From assembly GCA_963779415.1 (NCBI GenBank), contig CAVZYA010000001.1, forward strand, positions 288,001 through 352,000: DNA of 64,000 nucleotides, written 5' to 3'. The translations under genes and the position numbers were made by a program. The notes under the pieces are model-generated. The model was not told the DNA's origin. It did not search any database and saw nothing but the letters and a program-made list of their open reading frames with translations. This DNA comes from an uncultured Acidobacteriota bacterium (GTDB taxonomy: Bacteria > Acidobacteriota > Thermoanaerobaculia > UBA5066). Below are positions 1 to 9,678 of this stretch, piece after piece. Position 1 is the stretch's first letter, and every line of letters starts with the position of its first letter.

Positions 1-306
1 CAGGCCGAATGTCTCGCCGAAGCCGACGGGAGCCATGGTGTAGTTGACGCCGACGGATGAGAAGCGGACGGCGCTGACGAAGAACCGCGGCTGCTTCGGG
101 TCGGCGATGAGCGGCTGGAACACGTCGCCGGTCGGAAAAGCTCCCGATTTGGCGGTGGAGTCGGTGCTTTCGCTCCCGGATGGCGGACTTCCGGGTCCCT
201 GATGCTCGACATCGCCTGCTCGGTCCGCGGCGACGGCTGCAAGCGGTGCCAGGAGAAGAATGAGACAGAGAGAGGCGGCGCGCGCAGACCTCGGAAGGCT
301 ATTCAT
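1..306 (-). CDS. DUF1207-like secreted/outer-membrane protein, N-terminal part (runs off window start)
   Basis: Manually translated, absent from the ORF track: MNSLPRSARAASLCLILLLAPLAAVAA (signal peptide)...FPTGDVFQPLIADPKQPRFF...VGFGETFGL. Start overlaps the ATPase stop. Confidence 0.7.
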   Translation of the reverse strand, partial: MNSLPRSARAASLCLILLLAPLAAVAADRAGDVEHQGPGSPPSGSESTDSTAKSGAFPTGDVFQPLIADPKQPRFFVSAVRFSSVGVNYTMAPVGFGETFGL

Positions 307-2911
307 CATGCTCCGCTCTCCGAATCTCTCCCTCCGCCCGTTTCCAGTCCTGAGCGGCTCGACCGTCCTTCCGGCCGCCCTGCTCGTAGAGTTCATAGGC
401 TCGCGTGGCGATCTGCGGCGTCAAGTCGGACGGGGGACCGGCTTTGACGGGGTCGAGTATCCGGTACGCGAGCAGTTTCACGCGGTCGTTCAGCAGGAAC
501 CAGAGCAGCGCATAACCCCATACGAAGAGGGCCCACCCCCACCCGAGGGGAGTCATGAACAGTCCGTAGACCGCGATCAACGTCGCCACAATCTGCGTCC
601 CGACGACCGCCACCCACAGGATCCTCGCCGGCCGGATGGACCAGAACGGGCCGCGCGTCCGCGTGAGGAAGATCGTCAGGTGTCCCGCCACGGACAGCTT
701 CAGATACATCAGCGTCTGAATGTGCGAGCGGTCCAGATGAAAGACGCGCTCCCCGAGATAGAACAAACCGAAGGCGGAGACGACCCCGATGACGCCGAGC
801 ACCGTGGCGATCCCCAGCACCAGACGCATGTTCCAGGCCTCTGGCTGGTCCTTGTAATGGACGTTGTCGTACGCGATGGAGAGTATGGCGCCGTCGTTGA
901 GCAGCGCCAGCATCACGATCATCACGGCCGTCAGGGGATAGAAATTGAACACCAGGATCGCCAGCGTCATGAAGAACAGCACGCGCAGCGTCTCGGCGAT
1001 GCGATAGATCGCGTAGCTGTTCATCCGCTGGAAGATGCGGCGGCTCTCCTTGATCGCGTCGATGATCACCGACAGGCCGGAGGCCATCAGCACGATCGAA
1101 GCCGCAGCCCGCGCCGCGTCCGTCGCCCCAGAAACGGCGATCCCGCAGTCGGCCTTCTTCAGCGCCGGGGCGTCGTTCACCCCGTCGCCGGTCATCCCGA
1201 CGATGTGACCACGCTTCTGAAGGACATCCACGATGTGGAACTTGTGTTCCGGGAAGACCTGCGCGAAACCGTCCGCCTTCTCGATGGACTCGACGGTCGC
1301 GCTGGACTCCTCATGCCTGGAGTCACCCAGGCCGGCCGCATCGAGAATATTTGAGCCCATGTCCAATTTCCTGGCGGTCTCCCTGGCGATCGCCAGAGCA
1401 TCGCCCGTGACCATCTTGACTTTCACGCCCATGTTTCGCGCCGTCGCGATGGTGGCCTTGGCATCGTCCCGCGGAGGATCGAACAGGGGAAAGACGCCGA
1501 GGAACTGCCAGGGGCCGTCTCCCTCGGCTCGCGCCACGCCCAGCGAACGAAAGCCGCGCGCCGCGAACTCGTCTACCGCCCTTTCCACGGCGGCTTTCAC
1601 CTGTCCCGCGTTGCCAGACAGCTCCAGAATCACCTGCGGCGCACCCTTGGTCGCCTTGAACGTCTTCCCGTCCGCGGCCTTCACGGAGGCCTCGGTGCGC
1701 TTATGGACCGGGTCGAATGGCTGGAAATGGATGACCTGGTAGCCCTTCAAGGCGTCCTTGTCGGTCAGACCGGCGAGAACCGCCAGATCGATGGTGTCGT
1801 CATTGTCCGGACGCGACGCGAGGGCGGCATTGAGGATCACCTGCCGGGCCGGGACGCCGGCCACGCCGAACGGATCGCCGAGCGTCAGCTTGTTCTGGGT
1901 CAGGGTGCCGGTCTTGTCCGCGCACAGCACGTCGACGCCGGCCAGTTCCTCGATCGCGACCAAACGGCTTACAATCGCTTCCTTCCTGGCGAGCAAACGC
2001 GCGCCGACGGCCATCGTTACCGAGAGGACGGTCGGCATGGCCACGGGAATTGCGGCCACCGTCAGCACCAGGGCGAATTGCAGCGTCGTGAGGACGCGGT
2101 CGCCGCGCAGGATCGCAACCGCGATGATCGCCGCCACGAGAGCCACGGCGAGGATGATCAGATAGTTGCCGATCTTCAACACGGCGCGCTGAAAGTGACT
2201 GACGGTGTGCGCCTCCTGCACGAGCTGCGCCGTCTTTCCGAAGTATGTCTTCGCCCCCGTGGCGTAAACGAGGGCGCCGATCTCGCCCTGACGAATGATC
2301 GATCCCGAAAAGACCGCGTCGCCCGCCTTGCGCACGGCAGGCAGGGATTCTCCCGTCAGCGCGGACTGGTCCACCTCCACGGAGTCGCCGGCCAGCAGGC
2401 GGGCATCGGCCGGCACGATGTCGCCGAGGCGCACGCGGATGACGTCTCCGGGCACCAGGTCCCGTGCCGCCGGGGTGATCCACTGTCCATCCCGTTTCAC
2501 GCGGGCCTTGATGGCCAGCTTCGCTTTCAGCGCCGTGATGGCGTTTCCGGCTTCGCGCTCCTCCCAGAATCCCACGAGGCCGTTGGCGAGAAGCAGGACG
2601 AGGATGATCCCGAAGTCGGGCCAATGGCGCGCCACGGCCGAAAGGACCACGGCCGCCTCGATCATCCACGGGATGGGACCCCAGAAATAGGAGAGAAAGT
2701 TCAAAATCGGATTGGTCTTCTTCTCTTCAATCTCGTTGGGTCCGTATTGAATCAGCCGTTTCCCGGCTTCGGCCTGGCTGAGCCCCTCCGCGGACGACCC
2801 CAGGGCCGCCTCCAGCTCCGGCATGGGAAGAGATTTCAGATCGACCTTCATCTCGGGCTTTGGTCCCGCGGCCGGTTCGGGAGGCCCGGGCCGGCCGGCG
2901 TTTCGTGTCAT
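299..2911 (-). CDS. Plasma-membrane proton-efflux P-type ATPase (type IIIA) with C-terminal DUF2934-like tail
   Basis: TGES, IPVAMP, DKTGTLT phosphorylation site, KGAPQ, MTGDGVNDAPALK, ALLNDG (TM6 Asp). The tail IATRAYELYEQGGRKDGRAAQDWKRAE resembles DUF2934. Confidence 0.92.
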   Translation of the reverse strand: MTRNAGRPGPPEPAAGPKPEMKVDLKSLPMPELEAALGSSAEGLSQAEAGKRLIQYGPNEIEEKKTNPILNFLSYFWGPIPWMIEAAVVLSAVARHWPDFGIILVLLLANGLVGFWEEREAGNAITALKAKLAIKARVKRDGQWITPAARDLVPGDVIRVRLGDIVPADARLLAGDSVEVDQSALTGESLPAVRKAGDAVFSGSIIRQGEIGALVYATGAKTYFGKTAQLVQEAHTVSHFQRAVLKIGNYLIILAVALVAAIIAVAILRGDRVLTTLQFALVLTVAAIPVAMPTVLSVTMAVGARLLARKEAIVSRLVAIEELAGVDVLCADKTGTLTQNKLTLGDPFGVAGVPARQVILNAALASRPDNDDTIDLAVLAGLTDKDALKGYQVIHFQPFDPVHKRTEASVKAADGKTFKATKGAPQVILELSGNAGQVKAAVERAVDEFAARGFRSLGVARAEGDGPWQFLGVFPLFDPPRDDAKATIATARNMGVKVKMVTGDALAIARETARKLDMGSNILDAAGLGDSRHEESSATVESIEKADGFAQVFPEHKFHIVDVLQKRGHIVGMTGDGVNDAPALKKADCGIAVSGATDAARAAASIVLMASGLSVIIDAIKESRRIFQRMNSYAIYRIAETLRVLFFMTLAILVFNFYPLTAVMIVMLALLNDGAILSIAYDNVHYKDQPEAWNMRLVLGIATVLGVIGVVSAFGLFYLGERVFHLDRSHIQTLMYLKLSVAGHLTIFLTRTRGPFWSIRPARILWVAVVGTQIVATLIAVYGLFMTPLGWGWALFVWGYALLWFLLNDRVKLLAYRILDPVKAGPPSDLTPQIATRAYELYEQGGRKDGRAAQDWKRAEGEIRRAEHDE

Positions 2912-2992
2912 GAGGACATTCTCCCTGCCGTCTCTAGGCTCGCGATGCCGGGGGCCGTTGGAGACGACTCGTTTCGTTCGAGCCGGAATCCG

Positions 2993-3355
2993 CTACGGTT
3001 CGCCCAGCCACTTCCGGGCCTCCGCGGCGTCCGCGTGATCGAAGTACCGGACCTTCGCTTTCGTGAACGGCTTGCAGAACGTCGCCATGCCGTGCTGCCA
3101 CCGTGTTTCCCCGATCATGGCGATCCGTTCGATGTCGGAGAAGTGTTTGACGGCGAACCGGGTGTCCTCCCAGAGCGCCCCGGCCGTCCAGCCGTGGAAG
3201 CCGGTCATGTCGAAGAGCATCCGTACCGTTCCGTGCGTCCGGAGAAGTCGCTCGAACTCGGGCACCAACAGGTCGTAATCCGCCCTCACGAGCGTTCGGG
3301 TTACGTGGACGACGAGAATCTTCCCGCCGTCTTCTTCCGTGAGTTGAATGGACAT
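2993..3355 (-). CDS. STAS/SEC14 (SpoIIAA-like) domain protein
   Basis: 120 aa with the LFDMTGFHGWTAGALWED...ERIAMIGE..W pattern typical of SpoIIAA-like proteins; SD (AAGGGAG) upstream. Confidence 0.85.
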   Translation of the reverse strand: MSIQLTEEDGGKILVVHVTRTLVRADYDLLVPEFERLLRTHGTVRMLFDMTGFHGWTAGALWEDTRFAVKHFSDIERIAMIGETRWQHGMATFCKPFTKAKVRYFDHADAAEARKWLGEP

Positions 3356-3467
3356 ATTGAGCTCCCTTGGTTGGTGTCAGCGGACGTGGCGTTTCAGGTG
3401 CGGGAAACCGGACCAACGGTCGAGAAGAGCAGGCACGGACGCCCTCTTCCGGCGCGGGTCATTCTCC

Positions 3468-5840
3468 TTACGATACATTCCGCCTCCACTTCCAGTTCCG
3501 GATTTCCGGCATGTCCTCGCCGTACTTGTCGATGTACTGCTTGTGCTCGATGAGCTTGTCCTTGAGCTGCTGCTTCAGGTAGACGCCCCTGTCGCCGGTC
3601 TGCGGCAGGCGGTCGATGACGTCCATCACGAGGTGGAAGCGGTCCAGATCGTTCAGCACCGTCATGTCGAAGGGCGTCGTGATCGTCCCTTCCTCCTTGT
3701 AGCCGCGGACGTGGATGTTGTCGTGGTTGGTGCGGCGGTAGGTCAGCCGATGGATCAGCCACGGGTAGGCATGGAAGGCAAAGATTACCGGCTTGTCCCT
3801 GGTGAAGAGATCGTCGAAATCCATGTCGGAGAGCCCGTGCGGGTGCTCGGTTTGCGGCTGCAGCTTCATGAGGTCGACGACGTTGACCACCCGGATCTTC
3901 AGGTCGGGCAGGTGCTCGCGCAGGATGGAGACGGCTGCGAGCGTCTCCAGCGTGGGGACGTCGCCACAGCAGGCCATCACGACGTCGGGCGACACGGACT
4001 GGTCGTTACTGGCCCATTGCCAGATGCCGAGGCCCTGGCTGCAGTGCTTGACGGCGGCGTCCATCGTCAGCCACTGCGGCGCCGGGTGTTTGCCCGCGAT
4101 CACGACGTTGACGTAGTGCCGGCTACGGAGGCAGTGGTCCATCACCGAGAGCAGGCAGTTCGCATCCGGCGGAAGGTAGACACGCACAACCTCGGCCTTC
4201 TTGTTCACGACGTGGTCGATGAAGCCGGGGTCCTGATGCGTGAAGCCGTTATGGTCCTGGCGCCAGACATGCGAGGCCAACAGGTAGTTCAGTGAAGCAA
4301 TCTTCCGCCGCCACGGCAGGTGCGCCGTGACCTTCAGCCACTTGGCGTGCTGGTTGAACATCGAATCGACGATGTGGATGAAAGCCTCGTAGCAGTTGAA
4401 CAGGCCATGCCGCCCGGTGAGAAGGTAGCCCTCGAGCCACCCCTCGCACTGGTGCTCGCTGAGCATTTCCATCACGCGCCCGGAGGGCGCCAGAAACTCG
4501 TCGTTCGGCACGGTCGCGGCGTTCCACTGGCGTGTCGTCGCCTCAAAGAGGGCTTCGAGGCCGTTGGAAAGCGTCTCGTCGGGGCCGAAGACCCGGAAGT
4601 TCCGCTGCTCCTGGTTCCGCTTCGCCACATCGCGCAGGAATGAGCCGAGCACATGCGTGTCGCCGATGCCAGGCGCCCCCGGCACGGGGACGTCTGCGGC
4701 GTAGTCTCGGAAGTCCGGCATCCGCAGGTCGCGCAGCAGGATGCCGCCGTTGGCGTGTGGATTCGCGCCCATGCGACGCTCGCCTTGGGGCGCCAGTTCG
4801 GCCAGCTCCGGTTTCAGGCGACCCTGCTCGTCGAAGAGCTCCTCCGGCCTGTAGCTCTGGAGCCACTCTTCCAGAAGCTTGAGGTGAGCGGGATGCGCGG
4901 CATCTACCGAAAGCGGTACCTGATGCGCCCGGAACGTCCCCTCGATCTGGTGGCCATCCACGATCTTCGGCCCCGTCCAGCCCTTCGGTGAATTGAGGAC
5001 GATCATCGGCCAGCGCGGGCGTGTGAGGTTTCCGTGGGCGCGGGCGTCCTGCTGGATCCGCTTGATCTGCTCCACCGCCGTGTCGAGCGCAGCAGCCATC
5101 GCCTCGTGCATCGGCCCGGCCTCGTGACCCTCGACGAAACAGGGGGTCCACCCGTAGCCGCGTAGCAACTGTTCCAGTTCTTCATGCTCGATGCGGGCCA
5201 GCACGGTAGGGTTGGAGATCTTGTAACCGTTCAGATGCAGAATCGGGAGCACGGCGCCGTCGGTTGCGGGATCGAGGAACTTGTTGGAATGCCACGCCGT
5301 GGCCAGAGGTCCGGTTTCCGCCTCGCCGTCGCCGACGACGCAGGCGACGATGAGATCGGGATTATCGAATACCGCCCCGAACGAATGGCTGAGTGAATAG
5401 CCCAGCTCGCCCCCCTCGTGGATCGATCCGGGGCACTCCGGCGACGCATGGCTCGGGATGCCTCCGGGGAACGAAAACTGAAGGAAGAGCTTTCGCAGTC
5501 CAGCCTCGTCCTGGCTGATGTCGGGATAGATCTCGCTATAGGTGCCTTCGAGGTACGTGTTCCCCACGACGGCCGGTCCACCATGTCCGGGGCCGGAGAC
5601 ATAGATCATGTCGAGGTCGTATTTCTTGATGACGCGATTCAGGTGGACGTAGATGAAGTTCTGCCCGGGAGTCGTCCCCCAGTGGCCGAGCAGCATCTGT
5701 TTCACGTCCGCGAGCGTCAGCGGCCGCTTCAGCAGGGGGTTGTCGTAAAGATAGATCTGGCCGACGGAGAGATAGTTCGCGGCTCGCCAGTAGGCATTCA
5801 TCTTGTGGAGCAGCTCCGAAGAAAGAGTGTTTGTCTTCAT
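3468..5840 (-). CDS. xfp: Phosphoketolase (xylulose-5-P/fructose-6-P)
   Basis: [48 protein letters not shown] motifs. Confidence 0.97.
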   Translation of the reverse strand: MKTNTLSSELLHKMNAYWRAANYLSVGQIYLYDNPLLKRPLTLADVKQMLLGHWGTTPGQNFIYVHLNRVIKKYDLDMIYVSGPGHGGPAVVGNTYLEGTYSEIYPDISQDEAGLRKLFLQFSFPGGIPSHASPECPGSIHEGGELGYSLSHSFGAVFDNPDLIVACVVGDGEAETGPLATAWHSNKFLDPATDGAVLPILHLNGYKISNPTVLARIEHEELEQLLRGYGWTPCFVEGHEAGPMHEAMAAALDTAVEQIKRIQQDARAHGNLTRPRWPMIVLNSPKGWTGPKIVDGHQIEGTFRAHQVPLSVDAAHPAHLKLLEEWLQSYRPEELFDEQGRLKPELAELAPQGERRMGANPHANGGILLRDLRMPDFRDYAADVPVPGAPGIGDTHVLGSFLRDVAKRNQEQRNFRVFGPDETLSNGLEALFEATTRQWNAATVPNDEFLAPSGRVMEMLSEHQCEGWLEGYLLTGRHGLFNCYEAFIHIVDSMFNQHAKWLKVTAHLPWRRKIASLNYLLASHVWRQDHNGFTHQDPGFIDHVVNKKAEVVRVYLPPDANCLLSVMDHCLRSRHYVNVVIAGKHPAPQWLTMDAAVKHCSQGLGIWQWASNDQSVSPDVVMACCGDVPTLETLAAVSILREHLPDLKIRVVNVVDLMKLQPQTEHPHGLSDMDFDDLFTRDKPVIFAFHAYPWLIHRLTYRRTNHDNIHVRGYKEEGTITTPFDMTVLNDLDRFHLVMDVIDRLPQTGDRGVYLKQQLKDKLIEHKQYIDKYGEDMPEIRNWKWRRNVS

Positions 5841-5843
5841 GGA

Positions 5844-5973
5844 TCAAGCCTCCTCTTCCGAGCCAGGCCCGAGAACGCGGCACACCGTCCGGGCGATCAT
5901 GATTTCCTCGTCGGTCCGGATGACGCGGACGGCCTCCCGGCCGCCCGCATTGGAAATGACGCCCTCATTTTCA
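5844..5973 (-). pseudogene. ackA: C-terminal remnant (~40 codons) of acetate kinase
   Basis: Reads NEGVISNAGGREAVRVIRTDEEIMIARTVCRVLG, matching the AckA C-terminal V.VI.TDEE.MIAR motif. The rest of the gene is missing. The remnant carries the SD for xfp. Confidence 0.75.
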
Positions 5974-6678
5974 TCGGGGCCCTCGTGGCAGTTGCCGGGC
6001 CGCGGTCGGGCCGAGCAGGGCTGCTGCATCGAAGGTGACCAGCTCGCCGATCCGCTCGACCGTGAGATCGGCCGCCGGGTAGGCGGCGACGTTCGCGAGA
6101 TCGAGCGCGTAGTGGCCTTGGCGCGGGAACACCGTCGTCACACCCTCACGCCAGATCTCCTTCATCATGGCCAGAATGCGCAGCTTGTCGTCGATCATGA
6201 CGTAGTGCCGGGCCGGGAAACGCTCGGCCACGGCTTCCAGCATCCCTTCCTTGTGGATGTAGATCAGCACGCGACCTTCGACCGCCGCCCAGAGGCCGGA
6301 GCGCTGGATCTTGCGCGGCTGGAACACGACATCACCATCCGACAGAATGACCGTCAATCCCAGGGTCCGCAGATGTCGGATGGTCTCGAGGGCACCGGGA
6401 TACAACCGGCTCGCGAAAGGATAGTCGACCAGAAACGACGACATCAGGAGCAACCGGGGGTCGCTCATGTCTCCCAGCCGGTAACGCTGCAGCGCCCCGA
6501 GGTAGTCGGCGTACCCGAGCTCCCGGCGCAGCTCTTCGAGGATGGCCCAGTACCGGTCCCGGTTGGCGGATCCGAACTCGCGCGCGAGGTGATCGCGAAG
6601 ATCCTCCTCCACGAGGTCGTTATCGAGCAGCGTGTTGTCGCAGTCGAGGAGAAAGACGACGTCGTCCGGCGACGTCAT
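5971..6678 (-). CDS. HAD-superfamily hydrolase
   Basis: Motif I LDCDNTL, motif II LSDG, motif IV MIDDK; ATGA overlap with zwf. Confidence 0.88.
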   Translation of the reverse strand: MTSPDDVVFLLDCDNTLLDNDLVEEDLRDHLAREFGSANRDRYWAILEELRRELGYADYLGALQRYRLGDMSDPRLLLMSSFLVDYPFASRLYPGALETIRHLRTLGLTVILSDGDVVFQPRKIQRSGLWAAVEGRVLIYIHKEGMLEAVAERFPARHYVMIDDKLRILAMMKEIWREGVTTVFPRQGHYALDLANVAAYPAADLTVERIGELVTFDAAALLGPTAARQLPRGPR

Positions 6679-8072
6679 GCCGTCTCCTCGCCGAGCATGG
6701 GATTGTGCCAGCCACCGTCAGCCGCGATGAGCGCGTCCGCTTCCTTGGGCCCCCAGCTCCCCGGCCTGTAGGGACGTACGCGACGATGGGTCTTCAGGAC
6801 TCGGTCGACCGCGGCCCATGCCGCCTCGACTGCGTCCTCCCGGGTGAAGAGTGCTCCATCGCCGGCCATCGCATCCGTCAGAAGCCGCTCGTAAGGTGTC
6901 TCCTCTCCCGGCTGATGATCGACGAGGTAGAGCTCCCGCTGGTCGCCGACGAACTCCTTGCCGACGCGCTTGACTCGAGCGGCGAGGGCAACGGCGGAGT
7001 TGGGGGAGAGCCGGAACCGCAAATAGTTGGCTGGGCCGGCGGCCGGCGATGAGTCGGCGAAGAGCCGTTGCGGCGGCGGTTTGAGCTGGACGAATACCTC
7101 GGCGGCCGTCTCGGGCAGGAGCTTGCCGGAGCGCAGGTACCACGGCACCCCCTCCCAGCGCCAGGAGTCGATGAAGAGCCGGACAGCGCAGAAGGTCTCG
7201 ACGTCGGAGTCCCGTGCCACGTCCGGTTCCTTGCGGTAGCCAGCATACTGGCCGCGGACCACGTCGGCGGTCTTCAGCGGCCGCATGGCCTGGAAAACCG
7301 CCGCCTTCTCACTGTGCACGGCTCCAAAGCCCCGGCAGGCCGGCGGCTCCATGGCCATGAGGGCGACGATCTGGAAGAGGTGATTCTGGATGACGTCGCG
7401 CAGACAGCCCGCCGTCTCGTAGAATGCGCCGCGCCCGTTCACGCCGATATCCTCGGAGAGGGTCAGCTGGACGCTGGCCACGTAGTTGCGGTTCCAGATC
7501 GGCTCGAGGAACGAATTGGCGAACCGGAAATAGAGGATGTTCATGATCGCTTCCTTTCCGAGGAAGTGATCGATGCGGAAGATCGCATCTTCCGGAAACA
7601 GCGACCGCGCGACGCGGTTGAGCTTGCGCGCGGAGGCCAGGTCACGGCCGAAGGGCTTTTCGACGATGACGCGCGCCTGGTGCGCCAGGCCCGCGGCGCC
7701 GAGCCCCGTGATCACCGTCTGGAAGAGAGACGGCGGAATGGCGAGGTAGTGCGCCGGGCGCCGGGCATCTCCCAGCGCCTGCCGGAGCGCCTTGAAGGTC
7801 CCCGCGTCGTTGTAGTCGCCGTTCACGTACCGGAGCAATGAGAGCAGATGGCGAAGCGCCCGCGCATCGTCGATCGGGCCCGCCTTTCGTATTCCGTCCG
7901 CGGCGCGCTTGCGCAGTCGCTCTAGACTCCATGGCGGGAAAGCGACGCCGACCACGGGGACGTCGAGGACGCCGCGCTTCGCCATGGAGTAGAGCGCCGG
8001 GAAGATCATCTTGTGGGCGAGGTCGCCCGTCACGCCGAACAGCACCAGGGCATCCGAACGAGGCGGGGTCAC
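6675..8072 (-). CDS. zwf: Glucose-6-phosphate dehydrogenase
   Basis: FGVTGDLA, EKPFG, RIDHFLGKE, RDVIQNH. Start reassigned to GTG 8072 behind SD GAAGGGAG; the track ORF is over-extended. Confidence 0.95.
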   Translation of the reverse strand: MTPPRSDALVLFGVTGDLAHKMIFPALYSMAKRGVLDVPVVGVAFPPWSLERLRKRAADGIRKAGPIDDARALRHLLSLLRYVNGDYNDAGTFKALRQALGDARRPAHYLAIPPSLFQTVITGLGAAGLAHQARVIVEKPFGRDLASARKLNRVARSLFPEDAIFRIDHFLGKEAIMNILYFRFANSFLEPIWNRNYVASVQLTLSEDIGVNGRGAFYETAGCLRDVIQNHLFQIVALMAMEPPACRGFGAVHSEKAAVFQAMRPLKTADVVRGQYAGYRKEPDVARDSDVETFCAVRLFIDSWRWEGVPWYLRSGKLLPETAAEVFVQLKPPPQRLFADSSPAAGPANYLRFRLSPNSAVALAARVKRVGKEFVGDQRELYLVDHQPGEETPYERLLTDAMAGDGALFTREDAVEAAWAAVDRVLKTHRRVRPYRPGSWGPKEADALIAADGGWHNPMLGEETA

Positions 8073-8193
8073 CGGACGTCTCCCTTCAAGGCGACTTGCA
8101 TCCTGAACCTCCTTGCCCGGGAGAGGACGGATCGTCTTTCGCCTCAGCGCCATCAGAACGTGGCGATAACCGATGGACGCCGGATGAAGAGGA

Positions 8194-9021
8194 TCATCCC
8201 GTGGTTCTTCCCTCATGCCGATGGTTTCCGGAGTGGCGCGCGGGTCTCGCCTCTTCCGGATGTGCGCCACTGGCCCAGTACATCGGCCGTCCGTAATAGT
8301 CGTAAAGGCGAGCTTCATACTCGCGATTGATGGCCACCGTCGCGTCCCACGCGGGGCTGTTCTTGATCTTTTGTCGAGACAAGTCCACGAAGACCTTACT
8401 TTCGTCGTAACTGACGCGGCTCGCCCAGTGCGGCGCAACTAGCACCTTCTTGCCGAACCACCAGTTGCTGGTGTCGACCACCAGATAGCGGACCTGCCAG
8501 GTTTCATCGTCGACGACGAAGTCGGCGACGTGGCCGATCGCGTCGTCGCTTCCCTGAATGTGGTATCCGCGGATTTCCCCAACGCTTCGCAGGTGGACAT
8601 CGCCGGAAACCTTCTCGGAAGGCGGCGGAGGCGGCTCGGTCCTCCTGCCGGCCCCGAGCAGGCCCGGGAACGCACCCATGCCCCAGATTCCCGAGTACCC
8701 CCAGTAGGGCGTATAGCCATAGTAGCGGTAGAAGTTCTGCTCATGCTGGCGCGAGACGGGCTTGTCCGCGTCGACGCTCGGGCTGTTTTTGACCTTCTCC
8801 TTCGTCAGCGCCAGATGGAAGCGGTGGGTCGACCAGTCAGCCTGGCGGAAGGAGATGGGCGAGATGAGGACTCTATGCCCCTCGAGGAAGCTGCCGGTGT
8901 CGACGACCAGATAGCGGACTGTCCAGTGCTTATCGTCGAGAATGAAATTCACCACGCTTCCGATGTCGCCATCGGTGGCGCTCACCGTATAGCGTTCGAG
9001 ATCTTTCAGACTTCTGAGCAT
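8194..9021 (-). CDS. PRC-barrel domain protein (two PRC barrels)
   Basis: Tandem ATDGDIG..D..WTVRYLVVDTG and GSDDAIGHV.DF.VDDETWQVRYLVVDT repeats; ATG 9021 with SD AAGGAGG. Confidence 0.9.
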   Translation of the reverse strand: MLRSLKDLERYTVSATDGDIGSVVNFILDDKHWTVRYLVVDTGSFLEGHRVLISPISFRQADWSTHRFHLALTKEKVKNSPSVDADKPVSRQHEQNFYRYYGYTPYWGYSGIWGMGAFPGLLGAGRRTEPPPPPSEKVSGDVHLRSVGEIRGYHIQGSDDAIGHVADFVVDDETWQVRYLVVDTSNWWFGKKVLVAPHWASRVSYDESKVFVDLSRQKIKNSPAWDATVAINREYEARLYDYYGRPMYWASGAHPEEARPARHSGNHRHEGRTTG

Positions 9022-9085
9022 GGATTCCTCCTTGCCCCGCGGCCCCGTCATTTCAGGCGCGGAGTCGATTGCAACCAAAGGTAAC

Positions 9086-9100
9086 GCACGGGTTGTGCCA
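9086..9100 (-). promoter_or_regulatory. sigma54 -24/-12 promoter of PRC-barrel gene
   Basis: TGGCACA-ACCC-GTGC on the minus strand, 65 nt upstream of the ATG. Confidence 0.7.
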
Positions 9101-9640
9101 CGGGGCGGGACCGGTGGCTTCGACGACGAAGGCCGGCGGCTCGCCGCCGAAGTTGCGACGGCGTCTTCGACAATGCTCGAGGGATGTCGTAAAGGCGGGA
9201 GATGCACCCCCGTGAGGGGGTGCATCCGGGGCGAAAGGACGGGGTCAGAGGAGGGCGACCTCGCGTGCGCGAGGTGCGAGGGCGGTGGGAGTTCCGGCGG
9301 GGACGCGGGTCGGGGAGAACTCCACCGGCAACGCCAATGCCTTTTCTGTCGGTCTCGCTCGCCCGACTCGCATCGAACTCCCGTAGATGCATCGCTCATA
9401 CCAGGGACATGGTTTGCCCCGGGGGAACGGGTCTCGTGCCGAAGGGCGGCAGAAAGAGGAGACGCTTCAGTACCCTGGAGCCCCTGTTTCGGTCCCGGTC
9501 TCCCGATGACCGCATCGGCCCATCCAGCTGAGATGTAGATCTTTCAACCGGGACAGAAGGGGCTGCAACCGGGGCAGGCCGATGGACGCCAGTCATCGGA
9601 GCCGGCGCGTCCGAAGCCCTGGCCGGGCCCCTTCACGCCG

Positions 9641-9655
9641 TGGCAGGGGAATTGC
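9641..9655 (+). promoter_or_regulatory. sigma54 -24/-12 promoter of DUF6600-YihY unit
   Basis: TGGCAGG-GGAA-TTGC, 23 nt upstream of ATG 9679. Confidence 0.75.
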
Positions 9656-9678
9656 GCTGGCGGTTCTGGAGGACGACC

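Noticed and set aside
8104-8118. sigma54-like site GGGCAAGGAGGTTCA upstream of zwf
   Set aside because: Lacks the -12 GC, so it was not counted. It could still link the zwf operon to the island.
9326-9342. GG-N10-GC matches on both strands (CGGCAACGCCAATGC / AGGCATTGGCGTTGC)
   Set aside because: About 300 nt from either gene, and both genes already have better proximal sites.
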